Shown here one piece after another: positions 53,183-64,000 of a stretch of DNA of 64,000 nucleotides; position 1 is the stretch's first letter; each line of letters begins with the position of its first letter. The DNA comes from Lingula anatina (Eukaryota > Animalia > Brachiopoda): contig CM120640.1 in NCBI GenBank assembly GCA_051362555.1, forward strand, positions 66,380,788 through 66,444,787, in the 5' to 3' direction. The position numbers and the translations under genes were made by a program. A model generated the notes under the pieces. The model was given only the letters and a program-made list of their open reading frames with translations, was not told the origin of the DNA and did not search any database.

Positions 53183-54451
53183 ATGCAGTCCCAAGACAAG
53201 CTGCCATTTCCAAAATGCTCCTTCTTCATTGTAGCTTCCATAATGCTCGTTTTCATCTTGATGTTAACTTTTCGCTGTAACAGCATTCAAAGGACGGCGC
53301 CTGAATTTGTTGGGATCAATATAGATGTTAGAACTCAATCACCACACAGTATATTTAAACCTGAGTTTGTTACGTTCAATACAGATGTTAGGACCAGACC
53401 ACCAGGCACCATCACTGCCAACACTGCCACCAAAACCTCCAAGGAAATAACCAAGCATGTTTCAAAGACTCGAAATTGTTCCTTATTGTATCTTCAAAAC
53501 TACTTGGCAGAAAAGGGGCGGTTTTTTGGAGAAGGGCAGTGGGTCAAGGGCCAGTGGGAACCGAGAAGTTGTCAAGTGCCTGAACGAGTGAACGCTGAAC
53601 GGCTGGCTCAATGTCTTACAGCAAAGAAGATAGAAAAAATTGGAATCCTTGGTGACTCTCAGTCCATGAGGTATGCTGCAATGATAAGAACAGGAGAAGG
53701 TGCGTTTCAGTGTAAGAAAACGAAAGCCGAAAATGGCGGGAACAGATCACCGTCCATTAATTTCTTTTCTCCACCAATTGCAGCTAATGATTTGCGAGCT
53801 ACCACACGTGACTGTTTAGGTTGCGCCGGTTTACAGGCCACTTGTACGTTTGGGAGTTCGAAAAATTCCGTGATTAAGATCGAAAACATGATTACGGAAA
53901 ACGTTAAGGACAGTGAACTAATCACACGGAGAAGTTCGGTTTAAAAAAATTGTGACGATCGGCTTACGAATAAAACTGGCATTCCGTGTCTAGAGTCTAG
54001 TACCACGCAAGAGGTGATATTTCAAGAGTACTGGTGCCTTGACGGCTACCCAGATGTGATCATCGTGTTTGCAACTCATGTCCACGAAGCTGTGAAGAGA
54101 AACGCCAGGAATTTTGAGCGAGATTTTACGTGGTTCGTCGATCTTATAACAACCGTGGTGCCCAAGACTACCAAGATTCTTTATGTGAATGCACCCAAGG
54201 TGACTCCACCACAGCCAGAAGCATGGAAGACTGAAGGTCGAAATATTTTTATAGATGAACTCAACAAAATAGCAGCGGCTGTGATTCATCGGTCAATAGT
54301 GGAGCGCAAGGTGCCAAATCTGTACCCGATGTACGATATGTTTTCTATGTCTGTAGATCGAAATGTCTGGAATGGAGATGGCGTACATTTCAAACCACAG
54401 TGGTACAAGCATGCTGCGTCCTTACTGTGGACTACTTTGTGCATGGACTGA
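53183..54451 (+). pseudogene. Paralog of the 48476 SGNH-like gene with one in-frame TAA at 53942-53944 (422 codons if read through)
   Basis: ORFs 53129..53944 and 54014..54451 are in the same frame and align continuously with the upstream paralog (LGDSQSMRY, RDC.GCAG, CDDRL, TTQEV.F.EYW, GYPDVII, DGVHF, WTTLC.D). Confidence 0.7.
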
Positions 54452-55338
54452 TCTTTTAAGACTGGTCTCTTAAGTTTAAGGTGTACGTTTTACAGGTGAC
54501 ATATTTTTTTAAATTTCAGCCTAAAGCTTGTTTAAAATATTGATTTTTTTGTGATCTCCTAATTATTTATTTTTATTAAAATTTTCTTTTGTATCAAACC
54601 AGCTGTTTCTTTCTATTTTATCAACTCCACTTTAATTACCAGAAACCTTCAGCGATCACTTTTTTATATAAATCAAACCAGCCTTGATCTTTAAACTGCG
54701 TATAACGCACTTAACACGAGATACATGTAGCGTGCAAGAAAAATCTAAAGACTACTCCAATCCTATATTGGCGAGAATACATGGCGTGTAAACTCCTAGT
54801 TGACGGGCAAAGAACTACATGTAGCTCTTATCATATATATATATATATATTTAATTTCTCGTCCAACGAAAAATCTGTCTCTATTACATGCATATTAAAA
54901 CAATTATGGTCTTGCTTGATATTTAAATAAAATCATCCCCTTTTCTTCTGTGTTAAGGATCCAGTAAGGAAAACTTCCGAAGACCTGAAACAATGTAATT
55001 GTAGGATATCATTATACTGAAGACGCCTCACCAAAGCTCACACTTTACGTACATATTCCAGAAAACGAAAAAAGAAATTCAAAATAGTAATTGTGTCAGA
55101 CTTGTTAATCCCAGCACAAAAGGCGTGTAGTTTTTTACAGATCAATGATGGGGTTCGAGATGAAAGATGAAAGAATCAGAACTCGAACTAATTAAGTATA
55201 ATGAATGTATTATCGCCCAACACATTAATGCATCCCAACATAACGGCATACTGATGTAAATAAATATATATTCATATATGATCTATTTGTAAAAATGTAT
55301 ATAAATATACATTTATAAGAATAAACTTACAAAATTAT

Positions 55339-56388
55339 TTACAGGCACTTGTATGTAAAACGTCCTGGATGTTTGTAGCAGAAGCGTGAACAGCACTGGA
55401 CATCAAAAGTGCACTTAAAACAGGAAAAAAAACATCAATGTATCCTTAAGGAATGAAATTGAAACCGTTTAAAATTATGTCTCCTCCGTCCCTCTATGTT
55501 TCAAGGTTAAGTACAGATGAACTAAATATAAAAGTGTATACATTAAAATAAAAATGAGACAAATACATTATAGACTAGTTTGTTCTGAAATTTGGCCCGC
55601 GGTGGACCGTTCTTTATTATGAACGCCACCCTGCTAATCTGATAAGAACATTTCTACAAATTATTTATGTCAAGTTCACATTGACTTGTTAGCGTGTCCA
55701 CTTACAGGACTATCTACAGTAAAGCAGCGGTCTTCCCCGGCCTCAGGAGCCGCACATCTGTACACTCCGTAACGCACGCGGTGACAGTAGCCGGAGCAAC
55801 AGTGGGAGTTCCACGAACACTATAATAAAATATAGTACTAGGTTACTTAAAGCAATATGCAGTGTCAAAAAAACGAGCATGGGTATTACAAATCAACGGC
55901 ACTCGGTGCTTGTTGTTTAGACGCATATTTGACTTTTAATCCTACCTTTTCACCATCAGCTGCACACCCGTTGCCATGGACACATCTGTAGACGCCGTAG
56001 GTTTCTCTGTGACAGTACTTTGAACAACATCTTGCGTTAGACCAACACTAGAGGAAAATCGAAATGAGTTAATGTTAATGAAGAAATGGGCATTTATATG
56101 GAAAAATAATAAATTTAAACATGTTGCAAAATGCAACAATCGATGTTTTTTTTTTCAAGTACAATAAATTCGTGTCCATTAATTTTCCCTCTCGCATAAA
56201 CGTGCATAAAGTCTATTATTATGATTAATTATATATAAAAATGACGAGAGTTTTAGATTTTTAAATTCGCAGTCACTATCATATGATTTTACCAGTTGCC
56301 CCCCTCGTATACACTGTTGGGTCATGGCGGCGTCCAACGTTCCTACCAGTGCCCAGCAACCCAGGAGTAGTGCAATCACGTAACTCAT
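55339..56388 (-). CDS. Secreted cysteine-rich protein with three tandem knottin/ICK-pattern domains (128 aa, 4 exons)
   Basis: Exons 56388-56293, 56047-55946, 55819-55706, 55413-55339, all with phase-0 GT-AG introns. Protein: MSYVIALLLGCWALVGTLDAAMTQQ-CIRGGQLCWSNARCCSKYCHRETYGVYRC-VHGNG-CAADGEKCSWNSHCCSGYCHRVRYGVYRC-AAPEAGEDR-CFTVDSPCTFDVQCCSRFCYKHPGRFTYKC-L*. Confidence 0.9.
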
Positions 56389-57616
56389 CTCGTCAGATCC
56401 AACACTCTACGTTAAATGTAAGGGTCTACCTATGTAAGAAAATTTCGTCTTCTCTATTTTCTCTTTTCTAAACAGCAAAGACTAAAAAGGTATATTAGAA
56501 GTGACGTTTTAGCTAGGTCCCTCCCTCGTGTAATCGTAGGTCGAATGACTCAGTGATGTCTTTTCCTTATGACACGGTTTTAGCAGGTGCATTAAATAAT
56601 TAAAATATATTAAGGTTAAGTCTTCGGATAGATAAAAGCCAATTCTTTAAAATTTGCAGAAAAGTGGTATGGTGCGAGATCGAAGACAAAAATGTACTGG
56701 TCTGAGGGATATAAGAAATAAGCTGAATTAAACCGAATTTGAATTGATATTTGATTAATTTTCAAATATAGATTTTTTTATCCACACGCCTGACCCTTAG
56801 TCCTGCTTTAATATAGCTAGTTAAATCTTGAAACAAATCATGCTAAATTGGATTTAGCACTGGACGCAAATAAACCCTAGTCCAGTTTTAAATAAGTCTT
56901 AGAGAAGTTTTTTTCACGAAAATTAATACAGGACATTTACAACACAATGAGGGACAAAGACACCTTCCAACACCATTCACACACTGGGAAATAGTGATTA
57001 AAAATACATGTAGAAATTTTTTAATAAAAGAATCTTAGTAGGCTTAGCCTATGACAAATGTTCTTTTCTATTCATATGAAAATTTTTCTATATACTTTTC
57101 CATTTTTTTCTTAGATCAACTACCTTTTGAGGACCCAGAAGGTATAAAGACTGAAAATCTATTTTTTTGATTTCCAAATTCTTTCGGCAGGCTAGAGAAG
57201 TTAGACTGTTGAACCAAGTGTGTGTAGTAATTTACAGTATGGGTCGCGTGCGCTAACCCCTGCACAACAAAATTTACACGACAAAGCACAAAAGCCTTCT
57301 TCAGTCTCAGCCTCTAGCTATTACCGTACCTACATCCTTAAAATAAAATCTTTTTGACACAATGATTTTTCCCAGCCGCTGCATATGGAGCTAAAGTATG
57401 GAGTTCCACTATATTTAACCAAGGAGTTATAACAGATCTGTTATAAGTCCTTGATTTAACGATAAATCGAAAATAGAAAAAAAATACATCTCCATTTTTG
57501 CCAGGAGCAATTGGGTGAACTCAAAATGTTGTAGTTATGCTGTTCGGGCGAAACTTGGGCGCCTGCCAAGCTACACAAAAATTCAAATACATGTAATTAA
57601 ATACTGAGTCAAAATT

Positions 57617-58030
57617 TTGCACTGTGATGATGGGATCCTACTTATTCTGGCATACCTAGACGAATTAAAACACTTTGATGAGTTTCATCTTCTTTCAAGC
57701 ATTAGCCTTCATAACACAAGCCATAGTATGTCGTGGAGTGAAGGAGTAAAGAAAGTATTTGAAGATAATATATTTGTCACATGTATGGCTTTAACAGAAA
57801 GAAAACAAAAACTTCATAAAAATTTAGTGTTAGGCTTAGAGACAGTAGTATACAACTTTGGCACAGTGAAATCACAAGAAAATTTCAAAGTGAGAACGTA
57901 TGAAATTTTTTAACTCAATTTCGAGAAAGTTAAAGAAAAACTTCAAACCTTAACCAGATTTAGAATCAACAGTCACAATCTGCACATTGAAACAGGTCGT
58001 GATGCCAAGGGAAAACCAACGCCAGTTGAA
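57617..58030 (+). mobile_element. Degenerate 3' fragment of a non-LTR retrotransposon ORF2
   Basis: KVRTYEIF followed by LQTLTRFRINSHNLHIETGR, which resembles the post-RT C-terminal motif of invertebrate LINEs; interrupted by stops. Confidence 0.65.
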
Positions 58031-58834
58031 AAAAAAATGCCAAAATTATTTTACTGAAATTTAGATATTAACATTGATAATACTAACATGAGCGATCTTA
58101 GTATACAATTACATCGTATACTTAGATAGCTCATGTTTGAACCGACGTCATTGTGTTTGTTGTGCACGATACCACCCCCAAAATAATTTTAACAAATGTG
58201 TCACAGCAAGCGCATTGCAGAGCGATTTCTACACTGATACGACAGCGTCCGCCACGCTTACAAATATGAACGAAGAAAAAAAGTCCCTAAATGCAAATTG
58301 CTACTCCATATGTTCTGTTTAATATATATCTATACATTCTGAAGCAAATTTAGCACCCAGTTTCAGTGATTTGACTTTGAAACAATTTCCAATCTCTTAC
58401 ATGTTCTATGTTTTCACTGAGGGTAGAGAGTGGTCGGTCAAAACTTATTGCATAATGTTAGTCTAACTCCTTTATCCAAATAATGCTAGGATTTTTATTG
58501 CATTAATCTCAATAAACAATTCTCAGGACAAAAACTTATAATCAGAGCTTAAAATACTTGTATTTAGAGGGAGATATAAAATAAATGAAAATCTCTTTTT
58601 TAAAAGGTTCATGATAATAAACTGAATTACTTCCTATAATATGCTCATACGGTTCTAAAGACTTACATGTAACAGGAGGGCAATCTAGTGCACAAATATG
58701 AAATTGCATGTCTAAGGCTAGACCTAGCTTTTGTCAGCTCCCGCTGGCCCGGGGTTATGTCATAAATATAAAGGCATACAATTCTTATGAATTAAGTAGG
58801 AGGTGTTGATATACCAATGTTCCGATCGAGTGAA

Positions 58835-58855
58835 TATAAATATGTGTATATATAA
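58835..58855 (+). promoter_or_regulatory. Candidate TATA box of the solute-binding-protein-like gene
   Basis: TATAAA at 58835 and TATATATAA near 58847, about 130-140 bp upstream of the inferred ATG at 58976. Confidence 0.35.
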
Positions 58856-58975
58856 TAGACACCGCACACAACACTTCCATAGAGAAGTCCCGGCTGGTGC
58901 GTTATGAGCGACGATCCAGAAGGGGTTATTCTGAACGAGAAACAGTCCAGTCACACCCACACCGACCAACAGCAG

Positions 58976-61900
58976 ATGACTAAAGGTATTTGTAGTTTCT
59001 TTGTGTATAGATTGTGCTTTAGAACGATTTTTTTAATTCGATGATTAGATTGCATTACTTTTTTAGCCGCATAAGTTGGTTTGATTTAACAGCATGATGT
59101 TATTTGTTTACATAATCTCTCTCTCACTCTCTCTCTCATAATTTCCATTCTGATTCATTTTGAAAATAACATCATCTAACGATTCAGTTTCAAAATATTT
59201 CATCCCGTTTTCTCACGGCGGTCTGAGACCCTGGCGCCGGCGTTAATCTCTCTTAGCCACATTAATATAGTATCCATCACCTGTAGACTTTCGCCCACCC
59301 CGTTCCTTAATCACGGGCGTGGTCCCTGAGGCCTAAGTATGCTTATTATATGTAATCCATACCTAAGGGCATCAGCACAGGTAAATTTTGACTAGAGCTA
59401 CATGACACGCCCTACGCTGCGTCATTTTAATTATTGTGAACGATGTTTTACCAAGATACGTTCGTTGGTGAGACATTGCGCGTTTGTGTGTATCGCGTCT
59501 ATCTAAAATATATATAATAGATTTTTTTATTGACATTTGACATTTTAAAGCATAAACAATAAAGAAGAAAGAAATGAAATCAGCCCGACGGTGGTTTTGA
59601 AATAAATAATTATTACTTTCAGGTGCCATCTCTCAGAGGCACTGGCATTATTAAGGTGTCAATGTACAAGTGGATGAGAGATATCATGGGGTCATGAACA
59701 CCTAGGTGTCAGTTACTGTACCCCTAGGCTGTGCCAATATAACTGCCCATAATTCTAGGCAAGGCGCATTCCATTCTAAAAACCAAATTAATTGGGTTTT
59801 TGGTGCTTTTACACCAAAGCATAATATCAGCATAAATGATTATACCAACTGTTCTGTATTCAAAAGTGCGTTCTATCATTAAATTGTATACATGTATGTT
59901 TGTGCTATGTCTTAAGTCTCGTCAAACAGATCCTCCGTGCAAAATATACCATTTTATATTTGTTATTCGTTTTAACATGAGTTTGAAACACTTTCCAATA
60001 AGAAGAATTGTTTTATTCTGACCAAAATTCACCTTCAAAAGATCTTACTTTGATTTGTTATTGTAGAAGAAAAAGGAGAGGGCAGCATGTCACGTACAGC
60101 CATAGCCATAGCCGTCCTCGCCCTGCTTATTGCCGTTGTGGCATGTGTCCTAGTTTTGTTGGTTTGGATTCGTCCTGAATTGGTCAGGTAGGTGGCGTCC
60201 CCTCATAACATTTTAGAATCTTAAAGGTGAGAACTTTGATGGCCTATAAACTTATATTCAATTGAATTTGGAGACCGTATAATTAAAACAAAATATTGTC
60301 TCGCATTGACCGCTGTGCTCATTGCATCGTCTTTTCATCTACATGTACGTGGTTGAGACATTCGTATTGGAATGAATTATTCCATAAAATAATCCTTAGA
60401 CATAATACTGAACTAAATTTCTTTAAATCGTGTTATATGATGATTTGCTCTTCTTACAAATTACAGTCCGCCAGCAACTGCCAAAGACAGTGAAGCGATA
60501 GCAAAACAGAGTGCCACTGAAGCCGCGGCACAAATCAAAACAATGGTGGACTCCATCAAAGAGGAAATGAAGAATCAAGCAAAGTCGCAGCAAACCCATA
60601 CATTTGCTTATAGTAATGACTGGCCACCTATGGATTACCTGTAAGTTTTACTGTTTCCAGTAAGTTTAAACTTACAACATTTGTATCCTATCGTGTCTAT
60701 GAGTGTCACATGAAGATGTAGCAATTTACCTAGTCATTATGCATGTCATAATTATGTGAGGTCGGGCATTTTAAAAAGCTTGAAAAACCACCTTTCAGAG
60801 ACAAAAGAAGTCTTCGATCGTGAAAAGACTATTAACTGAACAAAATTTCGTGCAATTGCTCTTGTTTTATTCTTGATATTTGTTTCATCAAAAAGATCAA
60901 CTTTATTTATCTCATCAAATTAATCTAATATCAGTTTGCGTTGATATTGTTTAACTACACGTGTTTATAAACTTTGCTTTCTTATTCAGTGATTCCCAAG
61001 GCTTCCTAAAAGGCTTAAGTATGGACCTTGTAAAAGAAGCGTGTAAAGTTGCTGAGAAAAACTGCAGCCATGTACTCAGCAATGATATATCTCAGTGTTG
61101 GGATACCAGCAAAAAGACCGGGGCAGGTAACATGGATTCTGAAAATCTTCAAATGGCAAAACAAAATCCTATAAATAAGTAAAAAAAGGGTTTAAAGCTC
61201 GTTAACGGATTGGATATGGTGGACTAGTGCTGGTATCTTAGTAATTAAGTTTTTATTTATTTATTTATTTTTTTTTTGGCTGTATAAATGTATAATGCCC
61301 ACTGTGTATCCTTAAGTAATTGGATGCCCAGATGATTTATATACTATTATAGAAATGGTATCAAACACTGGCAATGAATCTTGATAAACTTAAGGATTAA
61401 TTACTGTTTTTACACTTTTTTCTGCTCTTCCCAGGACTTGTCAACCGTTGGTACACTGCATGCGTTGGTTGGTACCCTACTCCTGAACGGCTGAATGCCT
61501 TCGACTTTGTTGGTAGTTTATACGCTCCTGAACAAGCGGCGCTGTACGTCAGGCCCGGCAGTCGAGTTACCTCTGTCACCGGGAGGAACGTCGGTAAGCG
61601 TCTGTATTGAGAATTAATAATTTTCAAAAGTTGACAAAACACCTTGACAGCGTTTTTTTAGCTGCCCTTCCTGTACTCGTATGAACAGTGATCAAATTTT
61701 GAGACGCGTTTTATAGGACCAGAAACATGAACCAGTACCAACACATCTTACAAAATAGCTGTTGCATTTTCGTCACACAGAGAGCATTCACATCGAGAAG
61801 AGCCGGGGTTTAGCAAGGCCGAGACCTAAATATGGCGGACCTACGTGAAAGAAAGACCGCGTAATCCTTTAATCCATTATAAAGGATCACGCGGTCTCCC

Positions 61901-63720
61901 TTTCATGTAGGTCCGCCATATTTATGTCTTGGCCTTGCTAAACCCCGGCTCTTCTCGATGTGAATGCTCTCATAGTGAACCAATCTTGTCACATATAATT
62001 AACTCTTCCTTTCCCTTGTGTTCTAGGTTTAAAGGTGTAATTCCTGGCAATACGTTTGGTGTAATTGTTATTTGATATGTTCTCTTTCAAGGCTTTCGCG
62101 AGGGTTGGAATACGGATGCTGCTTGTCTGGCCAGGAATAGCATTGACGTGCCAGAAGCCAACCGAGTCACTGGCTCGACTTTCACAGAATTAAGAAACAA
62201 GCTTAACAATACTGAGGTATGAGTAATTTTTTTTGTATGAAAAGCTCCTCAGCCCTTCCCAATTAGCTCACAATCTTGATTCAGTGAAAATAATTTTCAT
62301 AAAATGTTTTGACTCATACATGCATTCATACATTCGTGAATTCAGACACATCAATATTTTATTCTACATAACACATGCCACATGGCAATATTTAGATAGA
62401 AATAATTAAGTGCTATCGTACAGGTCCCTAGACTAACCACTATATACATGTATATCATTTTACATGAATTCATATTTTGACTTCAGATTGACCTTATCTT
62501 CGCCCCTGTCAACACCTTCTCTGACCTCGTGGTGTTGGACACGAAGTATGTCTGCACCCTGGGAAGCGCGGGTCTAATGATGAGAAAAGACATCAAAAAC
62601 TCCATGATGTGGTTTCACGATGCTGTTGAGAAAATGAAGACGTCTGGAAAGTTTTCTGAAATCTGTGGAAACGCGCTCAGAGACCACGGTGAGTCTTCTT
62701 TTCACAATCCTAAGGCGCGAAACTAGTGTATGCCCTTTTATTAGTTGTAACGAAATATCAGTGGCGTATTTTTACAATTGTAATAATAAGAATAAGATGT
62801 ATGCTCTTTTATTTATTCATTTTATTTAGCTTAGTTTATTAAGAGCTGTCGTGCAGACCTTACATTGATTGTACATGGACTTGAAAACTATAGAAACGTT
62901 AAGGGTATTTTAAAGTTTTATTATCATCCAGATACCAAAAAAGAGGTTTTTCCTGCTCCTAATCATTCAATAATGCATATACCTTTGTGCTGATTTACAA
63001 CAATAAAGTTCTCCTCGAAAATATAAAATATCGGCGTTTATGTTTACTCGTTTCTATGTATAAGCATAGGCAACATACAGCTTTTATTTAACACTTTGCT
63101 ATTTTGAAGTGAGATAGCAATCGGTATGTGGTGTAGTTTCATCCCTGTACAAGATTTTATCGCAGGAATTGGCATAGTTGACCACAATTGTATGGTTTAC
63201 AATCCCGTGCCTTCATTTTGGTTTAAATGATTTAATATGGAGTTATGAGCCCCATATTACAGGTTTTCATTAAACAAAGGCATAATTTGGGTTTATCAAC
63301 CATAAAATGTGAACTAAGGCTTTTAAGAAAAATAGATGGCGGGGTTTTTTACTAAATGGTGTCTTAAAATTGGCGTTAAAATAGTGTTTGTGGGCGCTCA
63401 GGTAAAGGAAAATTTTGAGAAACCGTTTTTCCGTTTTTATCCCCAAATCGTGATTATGACGTTGCCCGTAAGATGACATGTGTGTAAATGTTTATCAGTT
63501 TATTCACTGAACACTGAAGGTTTATCTGTTATCTAAAAGAATGTATGTAAGGCAGTAAATAAGGAGTTTTTTGCAAACGCGTACAATATCCTTAAGCTAA
63601 ATGAAATGTAGCTTGTTAGTTGATAATTGTTTATAGATAATTCTTCATCATTATCATCCAGATTTTATAACACCACTTTCTCCTATTTTAGGCAAGGCCG
63701 GTATTTGCGTGGCGGGCTAA
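58976..63720 (+). CDS. Membrane-anchored stand-alone solute-binding protein family 3-like (PBPb/SBP_bac_3, polar amino-acid-binding fold), about 318 aa, 8 exons
   Basis: Exons 58976-58985, 60067-60187, 60467-60640, 60990-61126, 61435-61593, 62092-62216, 62487-62688, 63692-63720 join in phase (alternative start at ATG 60087). A TM segment AIAIAVLALLIAVVACVLVLLVWI precedes TFAYSNDWPPMDYLDSQGFLKGLSMDLVKEAC, GWYPTPERLNAFDF, NNTEIDLIFAP and FHDAVEKMKTSGKFSEIC. Confidence 0.85.
61780..61971. mobile_element. Near-perfect palindromic MITE (about 190 bp) in intron 5 of the SBP-like gene
   Basis: GAGAGCATTCACATCGAGAAGAGCCGGGGTTTAGCAAGGCC ... GGCCTTGCTAAACCCCGGCTCTTCTCGATGTGAATGCTCTC; arms of about 90 bp around a short loop; a fragment CCTAAATATGGCGGACC also occurs at about 46421. 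Confidence 0.8.
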
Positions 63721-64000
63721 TCCTGTGTACACCCAGCCTCAAACTATTCTTTTCAAGAACAAATAATTTGGAAGGCAAATGGAGTCTACACCAACTTCGA
63801 ATTCTGTTTGATGCTACAATTATCCGGCATATGTCTTTTTATCAACGAAAATCCTGAAGTGTTTCTTTTGAAGTGTTAATTTTTTTTGCACTTTTAGTTA
63901 ATTAACTTGATGCATGTAGGAGTTCTTGTCCTTTTTCTATCAATATATTTAGTTTTCACTTAGGAGGAATAAAAATGTTTATCAACAGGACACATATAAA

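Noticed and set aside
53942-53944. Selenocysteine or pyrrolysine recoding
   Set aside because: The stop is TAA, not TGA or TAG, and it aligns with Lys in the paralog.
58976-63720. Bacterial contamination as the source of the SBP-like gene
   Set aside because: It has seven canonical spliceosomal introns, an intronic MITE and the same composition as the flanking animal DNA.

Overview
AT-rich, intron-containing animal DNA, most likely from an invertebrate; the taxon cannot be fixed from the sequence. It is not prokaryotic and contains no CRISPR array. Gene models below were assembled by hand from splice signals and reading phase. Left to right: (1) a minus-strand class III sugar transporter (GLUT10/GLUT12-like) running off the left edge, probably head-to-head with (2) three tandem phosphotriesterase-related (PTER) gene bodies, of which the middle one has no visible first exon; (3) three copies of a Helentron-associated (HINE/DINE-1-like) non-autonomous element carrying a 146-bp satellite, with one array expanded to about 32 units and showing 438-bp and 1314-bp higher-order structure; (4) a 2.7-kb foldback element and several MITE-like palindromes; (5) two single-coding-exon SGNH/PC-esterase-like paralogs, the second with one in-frame stop; (6) a four-exon gene, missed by the ORF track, for a secreted 128-aa protein made of three tandem knottin-pattern (C-C-CC-C-C) domains; (7) an eight-exon gene for a membrane-anchored, stand-alone protein resembling bacterial family-3 amino-acid solute-binding proteins. 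Items 6 and 7, the possible shared first exon of the PTER pair and the satellite are the most interesting.
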